Below, piece after piece: positions 37,263 through 50,700 of a stretch of DNA of 64,000 nt. The translations under genes and the position numbers were made by a program. The DNA comes from Monocercomonoides exilis PA203 (Eukaryota; Protista; Preaxostyla). Below the pieces are notes generated by a model, which was not told the DNA's origin, searched no databases, and worked only from the letters and a program-made list of their open reading frames with translations. The stretch's first letter is position 1. Each line of letters opens with the position of its first letter. The stretch lies in the NCBI GenBank assembly GCA_001643675.2, contig LSRY02000006.1, positions 2,013,816 to 2,077,815 of the forward strand, in the 5' to 3' direction.

Positions 37263-39652
37263 TCAGGGCTTCAGAGCAGGAAGCGCCTCAGCACACGCAA
37301 CCCTCAGATAGCGGGGCATCTGGGAGATGTCTGCATCTCTGTTCCCCTTCCCGTGGATCCAGTTCTTCACCCTTTTCTTGAAGTTGATCGGCATCCTGTC
37401 GAACACCCACAGGTACCTCTGCTGCAGCGGTGTCGGCCGGAACACCCAGCACCTCCGCTTCCCCATCTGTGCTCGCAGCGTTTCACGCTTGGCTCTTCTG
37501 CCCTTTTCGCGCACAAGCGCTGCTGTGTCAGAGCCAGACAGCGAAGAAGGCAGCTTCCCTCCTGCAAACAGACCTGCAGGAACAAGAGGCACAACAACCT
37601 GCACGACCTGCTGCACCAGCAAGCTCGCTCTATTTTCATCCAGCACAACGTTACAGGGAATCGCAGAATCGTTGAGCTCAACTTCTGCATTGGTACTTTC
37701 TCGAACAACTCGCCAGCATCCCTCCCATTCTGGTGGTGCTGCAAACGCTGCATCAAAAAGTGCCTCCCCAGCAAGAGCCGGCTGGAGATGGCTGGCTGTG
37801 CACAGTTTGTCTTCCGTTTCCCAGCAGCCCAGCTGAGCCTGCGCAGTGCAAGCAAAGTCTGCAAAGCTGAATTTTCCCTTGTCTGCCTCTGCACCAGACA
37901 GACAGCCTGACCACTCACTTCCACCTTCACGAGACTTCCCTTCAAGCTCCCTCCAAACCCCTGCAGAAGCACAGCCAGCTGTCTTGCCTGCGCCATGCGG
38001 TCTCGAGCGAACATGCAATTCTGCCAGCGCTGGGCATCCGCGCCGAGGGTACAGCTCCACCTGCTCCATCAGCTGGTCCAGCATCTCCATCTTGATTTTC
38101 TTCATCTGCTTCTTCACCTTCGGATACAGCTCATAGAAGTTCGCCTTCTCCTGCAGCTCCCCCTGCCTTCCCCAGCCTTCTCCGCCTTCGCCTCCTCCCC
38201 AGCATTCCTGTGCTGCTGCACCAATTCCCTCACTCAATCCCGGCTCATTCACAGCTCCATCGCCTGCCCTGCCCGCTGCTGCCTCTTCTGCCGCCTCCCA
38301 CATCACCCGCTCTGCCTCGTCCACAACCCAGTCTTTCCCCACCCACACCCCAAACATCTTGTGGAAGATCCTTGCCTCTTTGATCTCCACCCGGATCGTC
38401 TTCTCCCGCAGCCTCCGCGCCTTTTCTGCCTCCTCCCTCAGCGCCTCATCCACCCCTGCCTCTTCTGTGCCTGAGCCAGCGCCCCCTTTCACCCCTGCCA
38501 ACAGCGCAACCTCTGAAATGCTCCCTGCCCTCCGCTGCACCTCGCTGTCGTAGCTCCGCCAAAGGCTCACCAGTACCTCCCTCTTGTTCTTCACGAAGCT
38601 GTCGCCCCACCCGAGTATCTTTGCCAGGGGTCTTGCCAGCCCCTCTGGCCCCAGCCCATCTGCAGGCATCCACGAATCTCTCTCTTGCTCTTCTTTGGGC
38701 TCCGAATTGTCAGACGGGGGTTCCTCCTTCTGCGCCTTTGAAGAATGTCCCAGATCGAGACACACAGGCAGCTGAGTGCCCACAGACGATGAAACAAAAT
38801 GTGGCTCTGAAGAGCTCGGGGCACTTTCCACAAACGAAAACCAGTTGGACGAACGAAAAGATGAAGTCGGCTGCTCCAGCACACTTTTCATCTGCCCGCT
38901 CCTCAGATGCAGCATTTGCGCTGCACTCATTGCAAGCGACGATGAAGCCCCCGATTCCGCTGCAAAGATTGGCAAAGACAAAGCAAACTGCGAAGACGCT
39001 CCTCCAAGCAACGAGCCATGAACAGCCTCAGACACATCGCTTTTTTTCGGATTTGCGGTGCTGATGCTCAAACTGTTCCTGCCCTGCAACTCATCCCGCT
39101 CGTCGAAACGCTGCGCCAATAAGATCTGCAAATAAAAATATAGCAATGTCCACCGCACAGCAGAAAACAAGAAATCCACAACAACAGAGTGCCTGCCATA
39201 CCTCATCATGTGTGCGATTGCCCTCCATGCTGTCTCTGCTCAACGCATCAGAAAAACAAAAATACACGTTTTCGAGCTGATAAATATGGCAGGTCCGATC
39301 ATCGCTTTTTTCATTTCTTCGCTCGGTTTTGATGTTTCTAACAAAGCGCACAACACATCCGCTTTTTGTTTTGCATCACCGTGCATGAGAGTTGTCGAGG
39401 TGATTTTGCTGCTTGCAGGGCTGGTTGGCCGAGAAAAGATGATTTTGTGATTTGAACTCAAAATACCCACTGAAACCAACAGAATGATTCGCTTCTCCTT
39501 GAAAATTTCCACAACTTTTTGGAATAATCATTACCACATTGATTCATCGTATGAACAACTTTTGACAGCACAGGAAGATGAGAACGAGGAATAAGCTTGG
39601 CCAAAATACAATATTTGTTAAATTTCTCAAAATCAGGGCTGCTTTCAAGCAT
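37263..39652 (-). CDS. Hypothetical multi-exon protein
   Basis: Long GC-rich last exon (37263-39125) with G-rich codon bias, a GT-AG intron at 39201-39126 and further upstream coding fragments. No recognisable domain. Start is approximate. Confidence 0.6.
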
Positions 39653-39974
39653 GAGGCTTCCATGAGTGGTGAACAGGTTTCTATGCAATATGCTGACAAT
39701 TATCTTGTTGGATGATTGAATTGAAATTTTATCTTTGAATTTAACGCCAAAGAAAGAAAGAATGAATGAAAAAGTGAGAATGGTATTTCCAGGCAAAAAG
39801 AACAAACCGAGCAAGAAGAGCATCACAAATTCCAAAAATAAAAATATAACTGACGAAATGCAAAATTGAAAAAAAAAAAGAAAGAAAAAGAAAATCGAGA
39901 TCAAAGCAACATTTCAAACGAAAAAGTTGAGATAATTTTGTTGATCTGAAAGAGTAAATAATGGTTGCATTCTG

Positions 39975-42900
39975 ATGAGTTCTGCCATTTCCCGTTGCAA
40001 CGTTCAGCATCTCATGAGAGTTTTGCTGCTGGTGTTCGTTTGTTTGGGATCAGGTGCAACAAGCCAACCCTGGAAGAGCTTTGCTGAGACAGACATTGGC
40101 AGTGAAAAAAGAAATGGCAGAGAAGAAACATCAGGAATTGCAGTCTCAAGAAACAGCTTGGAAGGCCGCAGAAGCAGAGCAAAAAGCGAGAACAGTGAAA
40201 AGCAAAGGTCCAACGAAGAGAGCTGGATTTCCACTTGGGCTTCGATATCCAACACATCGATGACGATTCAAAAAGCTGTTCTTCAACAAACACGTGGAAA
40301 GAGCTTGATTGACATCCAGAGCAGCTCAGCCCTGAAGTTGTGGAGCTGCAGAGTGGAGATTGCACAGGAGGGGGCAGAGAGTCCGTTTAGGATGGAAAGC
40401 GGAGAGAGTGTGCTTTTCAACATTTCGCTCCAATTGCCTTTGGGAAGTGGAAGGATGGCGAACCTTGTGAGCCTGTCAGAGTCGAAACACATTCTGTCAA
40501 AACCAGGCAGAGTGAGTGTTTCTTCAAGCGATTTCAGGGACTTGGTGCAATGTCACGGTTCGTTTTTGCCTTCGTCGCCTTCCACTTCAGTTGCTGTGCG
40601 CCAATGCGAATTCGTCAACATGACTCAGATGCACGAACCTTTCAGACTAGTGGAGAGTGGAACAGCTGGTGCACCAGACAAGAACTGCATAATGGATTCG
40701 ATAAACTGCAGACAGGTGCAGAATCCTTTCATGGGATGTGTTGTTGACGGTGCTTCCTGTCCGCTGTTCTGTTTCAACTCCTCATTCATGGAGTGCTCTG
40801 CGGAATCAGAGAGGCACACATTCGATACAGAAGAAAAGCTGTTTGAGGATACAACATTCTCATATCAAAGCTCGAGCGAAATTTCAGGGGGAGCAATATT
40901 ACTTTCAGGAAACGCAACGCTAACATTGAAGAACTGCCTGTTTGAGAGTTGTCGATTAACGGGATCTTCTTCAAGAGCAGCTGCAGTGCGAAATGAGGGA
41001 ACCGGTACTTGGACATCCGAAAACACGACATTCCATTTATGCAGCGCATACGAGGCATCAGGAGCATTCGATTCGAGAGGGACAAATAGCCTAATAATGG
41101 AAAAGTGCAAATTCGTTGAATGCGAATCAAGAGGGCATGGAGCTGGAGAGTTATATAATCACATTAGATGTGAAATATCTGAATGTGATTTTTTAAACAA
41201 TCAGGCAACAAATCATTACTCAGGAGCTTTAAATATTTATCGTATGACAAATGATTTTTCACTTTTGTCATGCCACTTTTTATCGAATAGAGCAAAGACA
41301 AATGGTGGAGCAATTCGTTTTGATCGGTCTCAAGAAGAAACATTAACATCAACGATACTTTATTGCGTGTTTTTTAATAACAGTGCAGGAACACAAGGAA
41401 ACGACATATATGTGAATGGTAGCTGGAATGGAAAGCTAACATTGACGATGAGTGAGTGTTATTCTTTGAGCGAACAGCCACGAACAGTGTTTGAATGGGC
41501 GAATCCAGATGAAACAAAGGAATATCTGAAAGACCCTCTGAGCACACTTTCTGTGATAGTTGTGGCAGTGAATGGGTTTGATTGGGATGGGTGTGGGAAG
41601 AGCGAGCAAGACTCGTTCAACTGCCTGACCGTGAAGCAAGGGGTGAAACGAGCAGCAGAGGAGTCGATGGAAATGAGGATCAAGGAAGGGGAGTTTGTGT
41701 CAGGGGAGGTTGAAGTCAGAGGAGGAAATGTCACAGGGAGAGGAGAAGGGAAAGAGGCGACAGTGATACGAGCAGAGCTTGGAGAGGCAGAAAGTGCGCT
41801 TGTTGTGATCAGTGGGGGTGAGGCGAAGCTGATGGATATGAAGATTGTGGATGATGGGCTGAGGGAGCGCAACCGGGTAGGATGCCTGTTTCTTGTGAGT
41901 GATGGGGGGAGCTCGCTTGAGCTGAGCGGGTGCATCCTTGCTGGAAAAAGACAGTCAGGGGCTGGAGCCATTCTCGAAGACGCGTCTGTGTGCCATTGGA
42001 GGAGGGATCACACTTCAGATGTGTGATGTCAGCGGGTTTGGGATGGGGGATGCCTCGTTTGTGGAGGCAGGGAGCACATTTGAATCAGTGAACACAACAT
42101 ACTCATCTGTGACCCGAGCAGTGGGGCATGGGACAGTTGTTGGGAGCAGGGTGGGTGAAGGGAGGAGTGTTGTGTTTGAGAACTGCACAGTGGAGGGATG
42201 CAGTTGCGGGAGTGCAGAGGGGAGAGGAGGTGGAGTGCTTGCTGAGATTGCAGGAAGAGGGTCATTTCAGATCAAGAGTTCAGAGGTGAAGGGATGCTTG
42301 GTGGAGGAGACAGGCGGGAGGGGAGGAGGGGTGTTTATTGGGGTGGATGAAAGCAGCACGAACAACTTCAGTGTGGGGAATGTGACAGTCGGAGGAAACC
42401 AGGCGAGATGGGGAAGAGATGTGTTTGTTCTGTGCGGAGACCTGAATGTGTCTGTTTCGAGTGAGCGGGTATTTGAGATTGAGAATGCTGAGGGTTTGGG
42501 TGTTGACCTGGCAGGGACTGACAGTGGGCTGTTTTCTGAGAATGCTGTGGATCTGGGGTATTTCCTTGAGCAGCGGTATTCGGAGGTGATTGAGATATCG
42601 GAGGATGGGGTGGATGTTGTTGGGTGTGGGGATGGAGTGTATCCGTGCGAATCGTTCTGGAGAGGATATGAGAATGTGAAGAGAGGGGGAGAGAGGAAAG
42701 GGCTGAAGATCCGAGACAAGGCAAGGATATGCGATTGGTATGATATGTCAGGATTCACAGTTGAGGGAGTGAAGGAGGAAGGAAGATCGGAGATCACACT
42801 GAGCAGGGAAATGACAATTGGAGAAGGAATCAAGAGCATTGTGTGGAACAATGGAGAGGCAGGGTTTTCGAGGATGGAGTTTCGGATGCCACCATCCTTT

Positions 42901-45900
42901 TCTGTTCCTGTGAGGTGTGCGATTGAATCCTCTGGATCAGAGGGTGGGATGTTGACGCTGGCAGATTGCAGCTTTGGGTGTGTTGGTGGAGGTGGACTGA
43001 CATATGCCCTGGTTGTGGTTGGGGGAGGAATGATGGAGATGGAAGAGTGCATGATCACTGACATGCGATTTGAGAGGCAGCCATTTGAGTTTTGTGGGAG
43101 CAGTGAAATAAGGCTTTTGGAAGACGAGTTTGTGAATGCGGAGCTGAAAGGGCATGCTCTGTTTGGATTGGAAGCAGAAGAGGGAGGTGATGAGAATGGG
43201 AGAGGAAATTCGGCTGGGACTGTTGTGAAGATGAATGGCACCCAATTCAGGGGGGTTGTGCTTGAAGACACAAATGAGGCATGCATTGTGTCTTCGAGGG
43301 TGGGATTGAATGTTGTGGTTGTTGCTGATGGATGTCTGTTTGAAGGGGTGAGGTCGGAGTTGAGCTCAGAGGGAGGCGCGATTGGGATGGTGCTGGGGGA
43401 GGGAGGGATGCTTGAAGTGGTGGGAGTGGAGACAAAAGCGAAGGGATGTGCGTGCGAAGCAGTGGAGAGAGGTAAAGGAGGGTTTGTGTGTGTTGAGTTG
43501 CAAGGGGAAGGGAGTGGAGTGTTGTTTGAAGAGATGGAGTTTGAAGGGAATGATGCCTGGGTTGGGCGAGACATGTTTGTGAAGTGTGCGGATCTGACAG
43601 AGGTGGTGAATGAGACATCGTTTGGGTTTGCGAAGGAGATTGGAGAAGATGAGCGGAAGAATTCGCTTGTTGGGGTGGATGGGGTGCACTTTGGAGATGG
43701 GGAAGATCTGTTTGTGTTCATCACTGGGTATTATGGGGAGGTGGTATATGTGGATGGGAAGGAGGGGGTGAACAACATTGGGTGTGGGAAGGAGATATTT
43801 CGGTGCTCGACGTTTGAGTATGGGGTGGAGCGAGTGAGGGGAGAGGGGATGAGGAGGATTGTGGTTGGAGAGATGTGCTGGACAGAGAGGGAAACGACTC
43901 TGAAGATGGTTGGGGTGGAGTCGGATCGGGAGGATAAGATGAGTGTGATGGAAGTGGAGGAAGTGGTGGAGAAGGAGAAGGGGATGGTGTTTGCGGCAGA
44001 GGGAGCATCGTTTTTGAGAGTGAATTTCTCACTTCCTGGAAGGCTTGCGAATGGGCAGAGGGCGCTGATAGGTGTGTGTGGTGAAGGGGCGTGGGTGGAG
44101 GTGAGGGAGTGTGTGTTCAGCGGGAAGAAGGATTGTGTGGTGGGATTCCACTTGGTGGCTGGGGAAGATGGAGATGTGGGGATTGTGAAGTGCGAGGTGT
44201 GTGATGTTGTGACTGAAAGTGCGTTGTTTGTGTTTGAGGAGAGCGAGAAGGAGAGGAATGGGAGGAGGATGGAGCTGGAGGGATGCAGAGTGAGGAATGT
44301 GAGGAACAGGAAGGATGAGGCGAGTGTGGCGTCATCGTCAGTATCGGAGGGGGTGTTTGTGGGGATTGGGAACTCGACGATTGAGCTGTGCTCGGGAGGG
44401 AGCAAGAGCTGTGGGGGAGGGGTGTGTGTGGCAGTTGCGGTGGATGGGAGGTTTGAGATGAACGACACAGTGGTGGAGGGGTGCGAGGCAGTGGAGGGGA
44501 AAGGAGGAGGGGTGTATCTGAGGAGCACGGTGGAAGAGAGGGAAGCGCTGGGGTTTGTGCTGGGGAATGTGGAGTTTGGGAAGAACAAGGCGCTTGTGGG
44601 GAGAGATGTGTATGTGCGGTGCTGGGAAATTGAGTCTCAGATCAGCGAGAGGCAGTTTGTGCTGGATCTGCGAGAGCCGCGATATGACAGGGAGAATGCG
44701 ATCTGGGGAGGAGAGGGGGAAAAAGAGGAGGATCTGATTCCGCTGATTGTTGTGTATCGGAGCGAGCTGATCTTCGTGTGCGGGGCAGATGGGGAAGGGA
44801 GTGACTCGAAGCCGTGTGGGAACTCGACACTGCCATGCCGATCGCTGGACTATGGGCTGTCGCATGTGCTGGCATCGTCGTACAGCCAGGTGCTGATCGA
44901 CAGAGAATCAGGGCTGAGGAAGGACTGCCAGATATGCTCGGTGGCAGTGAAGAGTCTGCATGGGTCAGAAGGAGCGAAGGTGGTGTTTCGGGAGGAGGTG
45001 GAGCAGGAGCCGTTGGCAGAGGGGGTTGTGGAATGCTCAGAGGAGGTGTGGCTGGAAAACATGGGGATGGTGTTTCGGGGAGGATTCCGGTCGGCACATG
45101 AGTGTCTTGTGGTGGAGCTGAATGGGAGCTGCACGATTTCGCGGGGAGTGTTTTCATCAGAGGGAGAGGGGATTGTGGTGGAGCACACGCTGGTGAGGGT
45201 GGTGTCGGGGAGGTTTGAGATGAGGGAGTCGCGGGTGGAGGGGATATGTGGGAGAAAGGCACTGATGCGGTTTGAGGAGAGCAGTGTTGTGGGAGTTGTT
45301 GGGTTTGAGGCGAGGGAGCTGGATGTGGGAGAGTCGGTGATGTGGATCGGCACAGGGGCAAAGGTCACAGTGAAAGAAATGGAGTGTTGGGATGTTGTGT
45401 GTGGAGGCTGCTCTGTTGTGAGTGTTGGAGATGGCGATGATGGTGAAGATGATGAGGGAAGGGGAAGGGGAGTGAAGGAAGGAGGATCTGTGAAGGTGGC
45501 ACACTCTTTTGTGAGGAACATCAGGCGAAGCACAGAGGGGGCATGTGCTGTTGAGGCGAGATTGGAGGATGTGGAGATGGTGGTTGCAAACTGTTCGTTT
45601 GGCAACAACACAACGCCTGGAAGGAAGGGGCAGATCATGAGTGTTGAGGGGAGTGGGGAGCTGGTGGTGGAGGGATCGTTGTTTGAGGGGAAAGTGGGAA
45701 AGGACAAAGAGAGTCTGGGAAATGCACAGGGGGATGAGATGTGCAGATGGAATGGATCGCTGGTGGAGCTGGTGGAGAGCAAGGGGTGGTGAGAGACACG
45801 ACAGTGAGGGATGGGGCAGAGGGAGGGATGGGAGTGGTTGGGGGAGTGTTGTTGTGGAGAAGGGGGTGTTTGAGGGGAACAGGCCATTGGCAGGGATGGA

Positions 45901-47749
45901 GAAGTATCCGTCGTATCGGAGGAACATTTTGTGCAGCGGGATGGGAGAAGTGGACGTGGTGAGTGTGAAGGGCGGAGACGGGATGGGGGCGAGGAGCTCG
46001 ATGTGGATGCTGAACGAAGGGTGCAATGTGAAGGGGATCACAGAAGACAGAGGCTCTTCGTTCTTCATCCCCACGCTGAGAGAGGTGAGAGTGGAAGAAT
46101 CATCAGAAGCAGAAAATGTGTCAGAGGCGAGAGTGAGATTTGTGGGGTCACTCCTTATTCCGTGCAACCTGTCGTTCAGGGTTGTGGTTGTTGTTGAAGA
46201 TGTTGAGCAGATTGAGTGTTTCGAATTTGAGGAGGCGGGGCATGTGAGCGAGGATGAAGCTGTGGGGAAGATTCCGTTGTCTGTTGTTTCGGGAGCATCA
46301 GCGCAGACAGAAGTGAAAGTGTGCATCCTCTTTGGAAATGCAGAGTCTCCTTCATCGACAGAGTCGTTCATCATCAAAAATAAAAGTGAGCCCAAGGTTG
46401 ATGGAGAAGATAGAATTGCTGAAGGTGGGAAAGGAGGAAAATTTTCATGGGTGTTGATTGTGTGTGTTGTAATTGTAGTAATACTTTTGATTGCATTGAT
46501 CATATCTATTATTCGATGGAGAAAAGCTAAAAATGAGAATAAAGATCTGAGAGAGATTGTTGATGATAACATCAGAAAAGATCCGAAGGCTTTTGAGATG
46601 GTGACGATGGAGATGTCGCCTGAAGAGCAGTGGAGGAGAGCAGAGAGAGAGGCAGAGAAGAAGAATGAAGAGAGGATCAAGAAGAGAATGAATGGAAAGG
46701 AGATGGTGCATTCGGAGTCTGAAGAGTATCTTTTGAGCGAGAGTGGTTCAACTGAATACATCTTGGGAAAGGACTCAGACAAGATCCCAGATTGGGCATT
46801 GGAAAAGGTTGAAGAAGAGGAAATTAGAAAACAGACTCCATCACCATCCACCTCAACCACTTCAACAACTGATTCAGATTCCACATTTGTTCGAGGGGAG
46901 GATCTGTGCCCAACCACTTCATCTATGTCTAATCTGGTGGATGCAATGGCCTGTTCGTCTCCTCATGAGAAATTGATTGTGGATCTGAGGGATTCGCTGT
47001 TCATGCTGCTTCATGGGAGGAATGAGAAGAAAGAGATGGCGATTGGAAGTCTTCAACAAAGAGAGCAGACAGCTGCCCAGATCCTGTTCTGGGTGGCCAA
47101 TCTTGCACTTCACTCCTTTGATGAGATGGAAAACGGATTATCTTCACTGGCCAATCTGAGTCCTCACATTGTTCTTTTCTCAGAACACATGGTGATCTGC
47201 ATTGCCCTCCACTCCGACTGCTCATCAGACTCAGACACTTCATCATCGATCTCATCAACAACAGTTGTGACATCTGCAAGTGATGATGATGATGACTCTC
47301 TGCCTTCATCAGCTTTTGAGGATGAGGATGATTCCAGGAAGGAGTGCTTGAGGTGGAAGGCGCCAGAGTTGTTGATCAACAAAAACATGGGAGCAACGAA
47401 GGAGTCGGTGGCATTCTCGATTGGGATGATGCTGTGGGAGTGCTTGACGCTGGAGATCCCGTTTGGGGAGTATGAGGCAGAGGTGGCGGGGCAGAAGATT
47501 GTGAATGGGGAGAGACCGAGGAAGGATGTGAAGAGCACGGGAAGTCTGAGCACAGTGGTTGGCCAGTGCCTTTCAGCAGTTCCGGAACAACGGCCCACGC
47601 TGGCTGGGCTGAAGCGAGAGTTTATCCAGCGGTTTCCGGCAGGAGGTTTAGTCATGACTGTGTCGGATGCTGTGGATGTTGAGGAAGACACAAACGGAAC
47701 AAACAATGGGAGTGGGAATGGGAGTTGGAGCTTGATGAGCGAGAGATGA
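39975..47749 (+). CDS. Giant type I membrane receptor-like protein: signal peptide, GGA(I)/FxxN beta-helix-like repeats, TM helix, C-terminal pseudokinase (copy 1)
   Basis: Signal-like LMRVLLLVFVCLGSGA. Repeated GGAI/GGGV...FxxNxA..GxDxF and Cys-rich DxxxCG....C modules. TM WVLIVCVVIVVILLIALIISII, then RWKAPELL, AFSIGMMLWECLT..IPF and RP. The three ORFs are joined by indels at ~41990 (gt repeat) and ~45785 (G run; copy 2 has the extra G). Confidence 0.85.
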
Positions 47750-50700
47750 AAAGTGTTTGAGGGGTTGGTGTTTGTGTTTGTGGAGCTTGTGAAGATACCA
47801 TTTGGGATTGGATGGGAAGAGAAGAAAACAGAAGCATTTGAGCTTTGAATGTTTTTTGTTTGTTTTTGTGGGGTATTGGCTCTTTCATTGAGAGAGTCAG
47901 ATGCCTTTCACCTGTTTTTGGTTGTTGGGTGTGTTGCAATGGGTAAAGATGGAAAGCTTCTGTTTTCCCTTCTGTTTTCTTTTTATCTTTTTATTTCACT
48001 TTTTGTTTTTTGTTTTGAAAGGAGTTGTCATTTCAAACAGTTTCAACAATTTGGAGATGTGGGGAGTAAGGCATTGAATTTGTTCGTTTGGGCCACAGCT
48101 AGTACACAACAACATTCCGATAAAAGCATTGGCATCTTTTCACAATTCTGAACAATCAAAACAAAAAACGAAAGAGTTTTGATGAAACAATGATTTCAAA
48201 GAACTTTATTTTTTCCCATGCCTTCTTGTCTGCTTTTTGTGCTCATGGTTATTCTCCACATTTGACGTGAGAATGAAAATTGAAGCGACAGGAGAGGTTG
48301 AACAGACAAAGGTTAAGAAAAGAGAGGAGGTCTGTTCCCATCTGCAAATAATTTTTGGTGAACCTTTTGGTCATTTTCTCAATAAATGCACAGAGAAGTG
48401 GGCCAATCATCTACCACCACCAATAATAAGAGAATGAGAAAGAAAAGAAAGTGAATGTTTGCTAAATAGAGTGTACAGCGTGTTGTGGGTGCAGCCAATG
48501 CCCATTCAGTAGAGCATCGCAGAGCAGAAGTGAAAGCAAAGGCAAAGGCAAACATAAAAAACAAAACGAGAAAAGGAAGACAAAGATAAAGAAGATAATA
48601 ATTATTATGATTACGTTAATGACTATGATTGATAATTGATGAATAAAAAAAAAAATTAAATAAATAAATAAAGAAATAAAAGTACTGAGAGAAACAACAG
48701 AGCAACGAATGAATGCAGAAACATGAATATTCGAAGCAATTATGGCCAGTCATGCCCCTTCGTCAGCCAACAACTCTCAAACTCTCAAAAGGACATCTGC
48801 TGCCTTTCCTCCTTCATTTTTCCCCTCTTTTGTGCTGCAATCACAGATCCAGCTGCACAAACCCATGCTTCTCGAAGTACCCCACCACCGGCTGCCACGA
48901 TCGCAGCGACACACACTTCAGCTGCACTGTCCAGTTCGGCAGCGGCTTCCCTTCCTCCTGCTTCACCCCTGCCTTCCCTTTCCCCACCTCCACCACCAAA
49001 GGCGCTGCCTTGTCCTTCTTCTTTGCTCCACCTGCCGCTCCTGCTGGTGCTGGAGAAGTTGATGAGGATGACGAGGATGACGAGGATGAGGGTGATGACG
49101 AAGCAGCTGGCTCAGTTGCTGCATTGGCTGCATCCACAACTGCCTTCAGCCCTTCCATCGTGATCTCCTCTGATTCCAATTCCGATGATGATGAGGAGGA
49201 GGATGAGGATGTTGCGGGAGGCACCCAGCCGAGGATCCCATACACATATGTCGGCCCCACAAACACAACCCCCCACTTCCCATTCGGACTTCCAATGAAT
49301 GCCTCGCTGCTCTCTGCCCCTTTCTCCCCTTTTTTCTTTCTCTGCCTTCTCTGCCTGCTCCTGCGCTGCCCGGATCGCTCGCTTCGCTGCCACTGGCGCA
49401 CGCGCAATGCACCACGTCAGGTTCGAGAAGTCTGCCGTCGCCACCAGCGTCAGCGCCGCATTCGACCGAGTAAACGCCCGCTTCACAATCTCGTTCTGGT
49501 ACTTCGGCAGCAGCGTCAGCGACAGCTTGTACGCATCAAAGAACTTCACCGCACACGAGTAGAACTCCGCCGGCGTCGTCGCCCACGCCTTGCAGATCTG
49601 GCTGTCCCGCTCGTCCAGCTCCTCGTAGCTCTCCCGCGCCCGCGGCCCCGCCACAAACTCCAGCCGCACCGCCCCGTCTCCTTCCCGCGTCGCCCCCACA
49701 ACCCGGATCAGCAGCACCTCCTGCGTGTTGTTCAGGTGCGACCCGCAGCACGCCTCCACGTCTGCATCCCCCATGCTCACCACTCGCACATTCAGCCCCG
49801 GCACCACCCCGCCCTGGTACAGCGAGAACCCGTGCTCCCGCTCTGCATCCTCCTTCTTCATGTGCCGCTTCGTGATCGGCAGCCGCGCCATCACCAGCGC
49901 GTTCGCCCGGTCCTGGATCGCCCGCACCTCCTCCCGCGTCAGCGCTGCAAAGTGCGTGATGTCCAGGTGCGCCCCGCTCACCGTCTTCTTCGCCGACGCC
50001 TGCCACACATGCGGCCCCAGCACATGCTGCGCTGCTGCATGCACCAGATGCGTCGCGGTGTGGTGGCACGCCAGCTGGTACCGCCGCGCCCGGTCAACCT
50101 CTCCATACGCCTTCACCGCCCCTGCTCCAGCCCCACTCTCCCACCCCTTCGCAATCGCCGACGCCTCTGCCTCTGTCAGCGCTGGCACCACCCGGTGCGC
50201 CACACAGTGCCCACACTTCACCACATCCACCACTGCAAACTCTTTCCCCTTCCTCTTCCCGCACTTGCACTTGCACTTGCATTTCTCATCGCTCGATGAA
50301 CTCGATGAACTCGACGAGCATTCTTCCTCCCCTTCTCCTCCCCCAAACTCGATCCACAGCTTCCCTGTGTCGTTCTCCTGCCCGCCCGACGTCGGATAGA
50401 ACAGCGTCTCGTCCAGCACCACCAGGTCCCTCTCCCGCGTCTCGTTGTTCACAAACACCCGGATGCACCTCCCCTCAAACCCCAGGTCCTCCAGATCCAT
50501 CGGCTTCTCCACCGCCGGATCCGACTCCTCCCGCCGCGCATACAGCAGCTCCTTCGTCTCCGGCACCCCTTTCATCTGCTCCGCATACGCGTTCACCCCC
50601 GTCGACAGCTGCCGCGTCGTCTTCTCCTTCATCTCCGCCAGCTCCGAGTAGTAGTTCTGCGGGATCTGCTGCCCCGTCACTTTCGCTATCTGGTCTGGCA

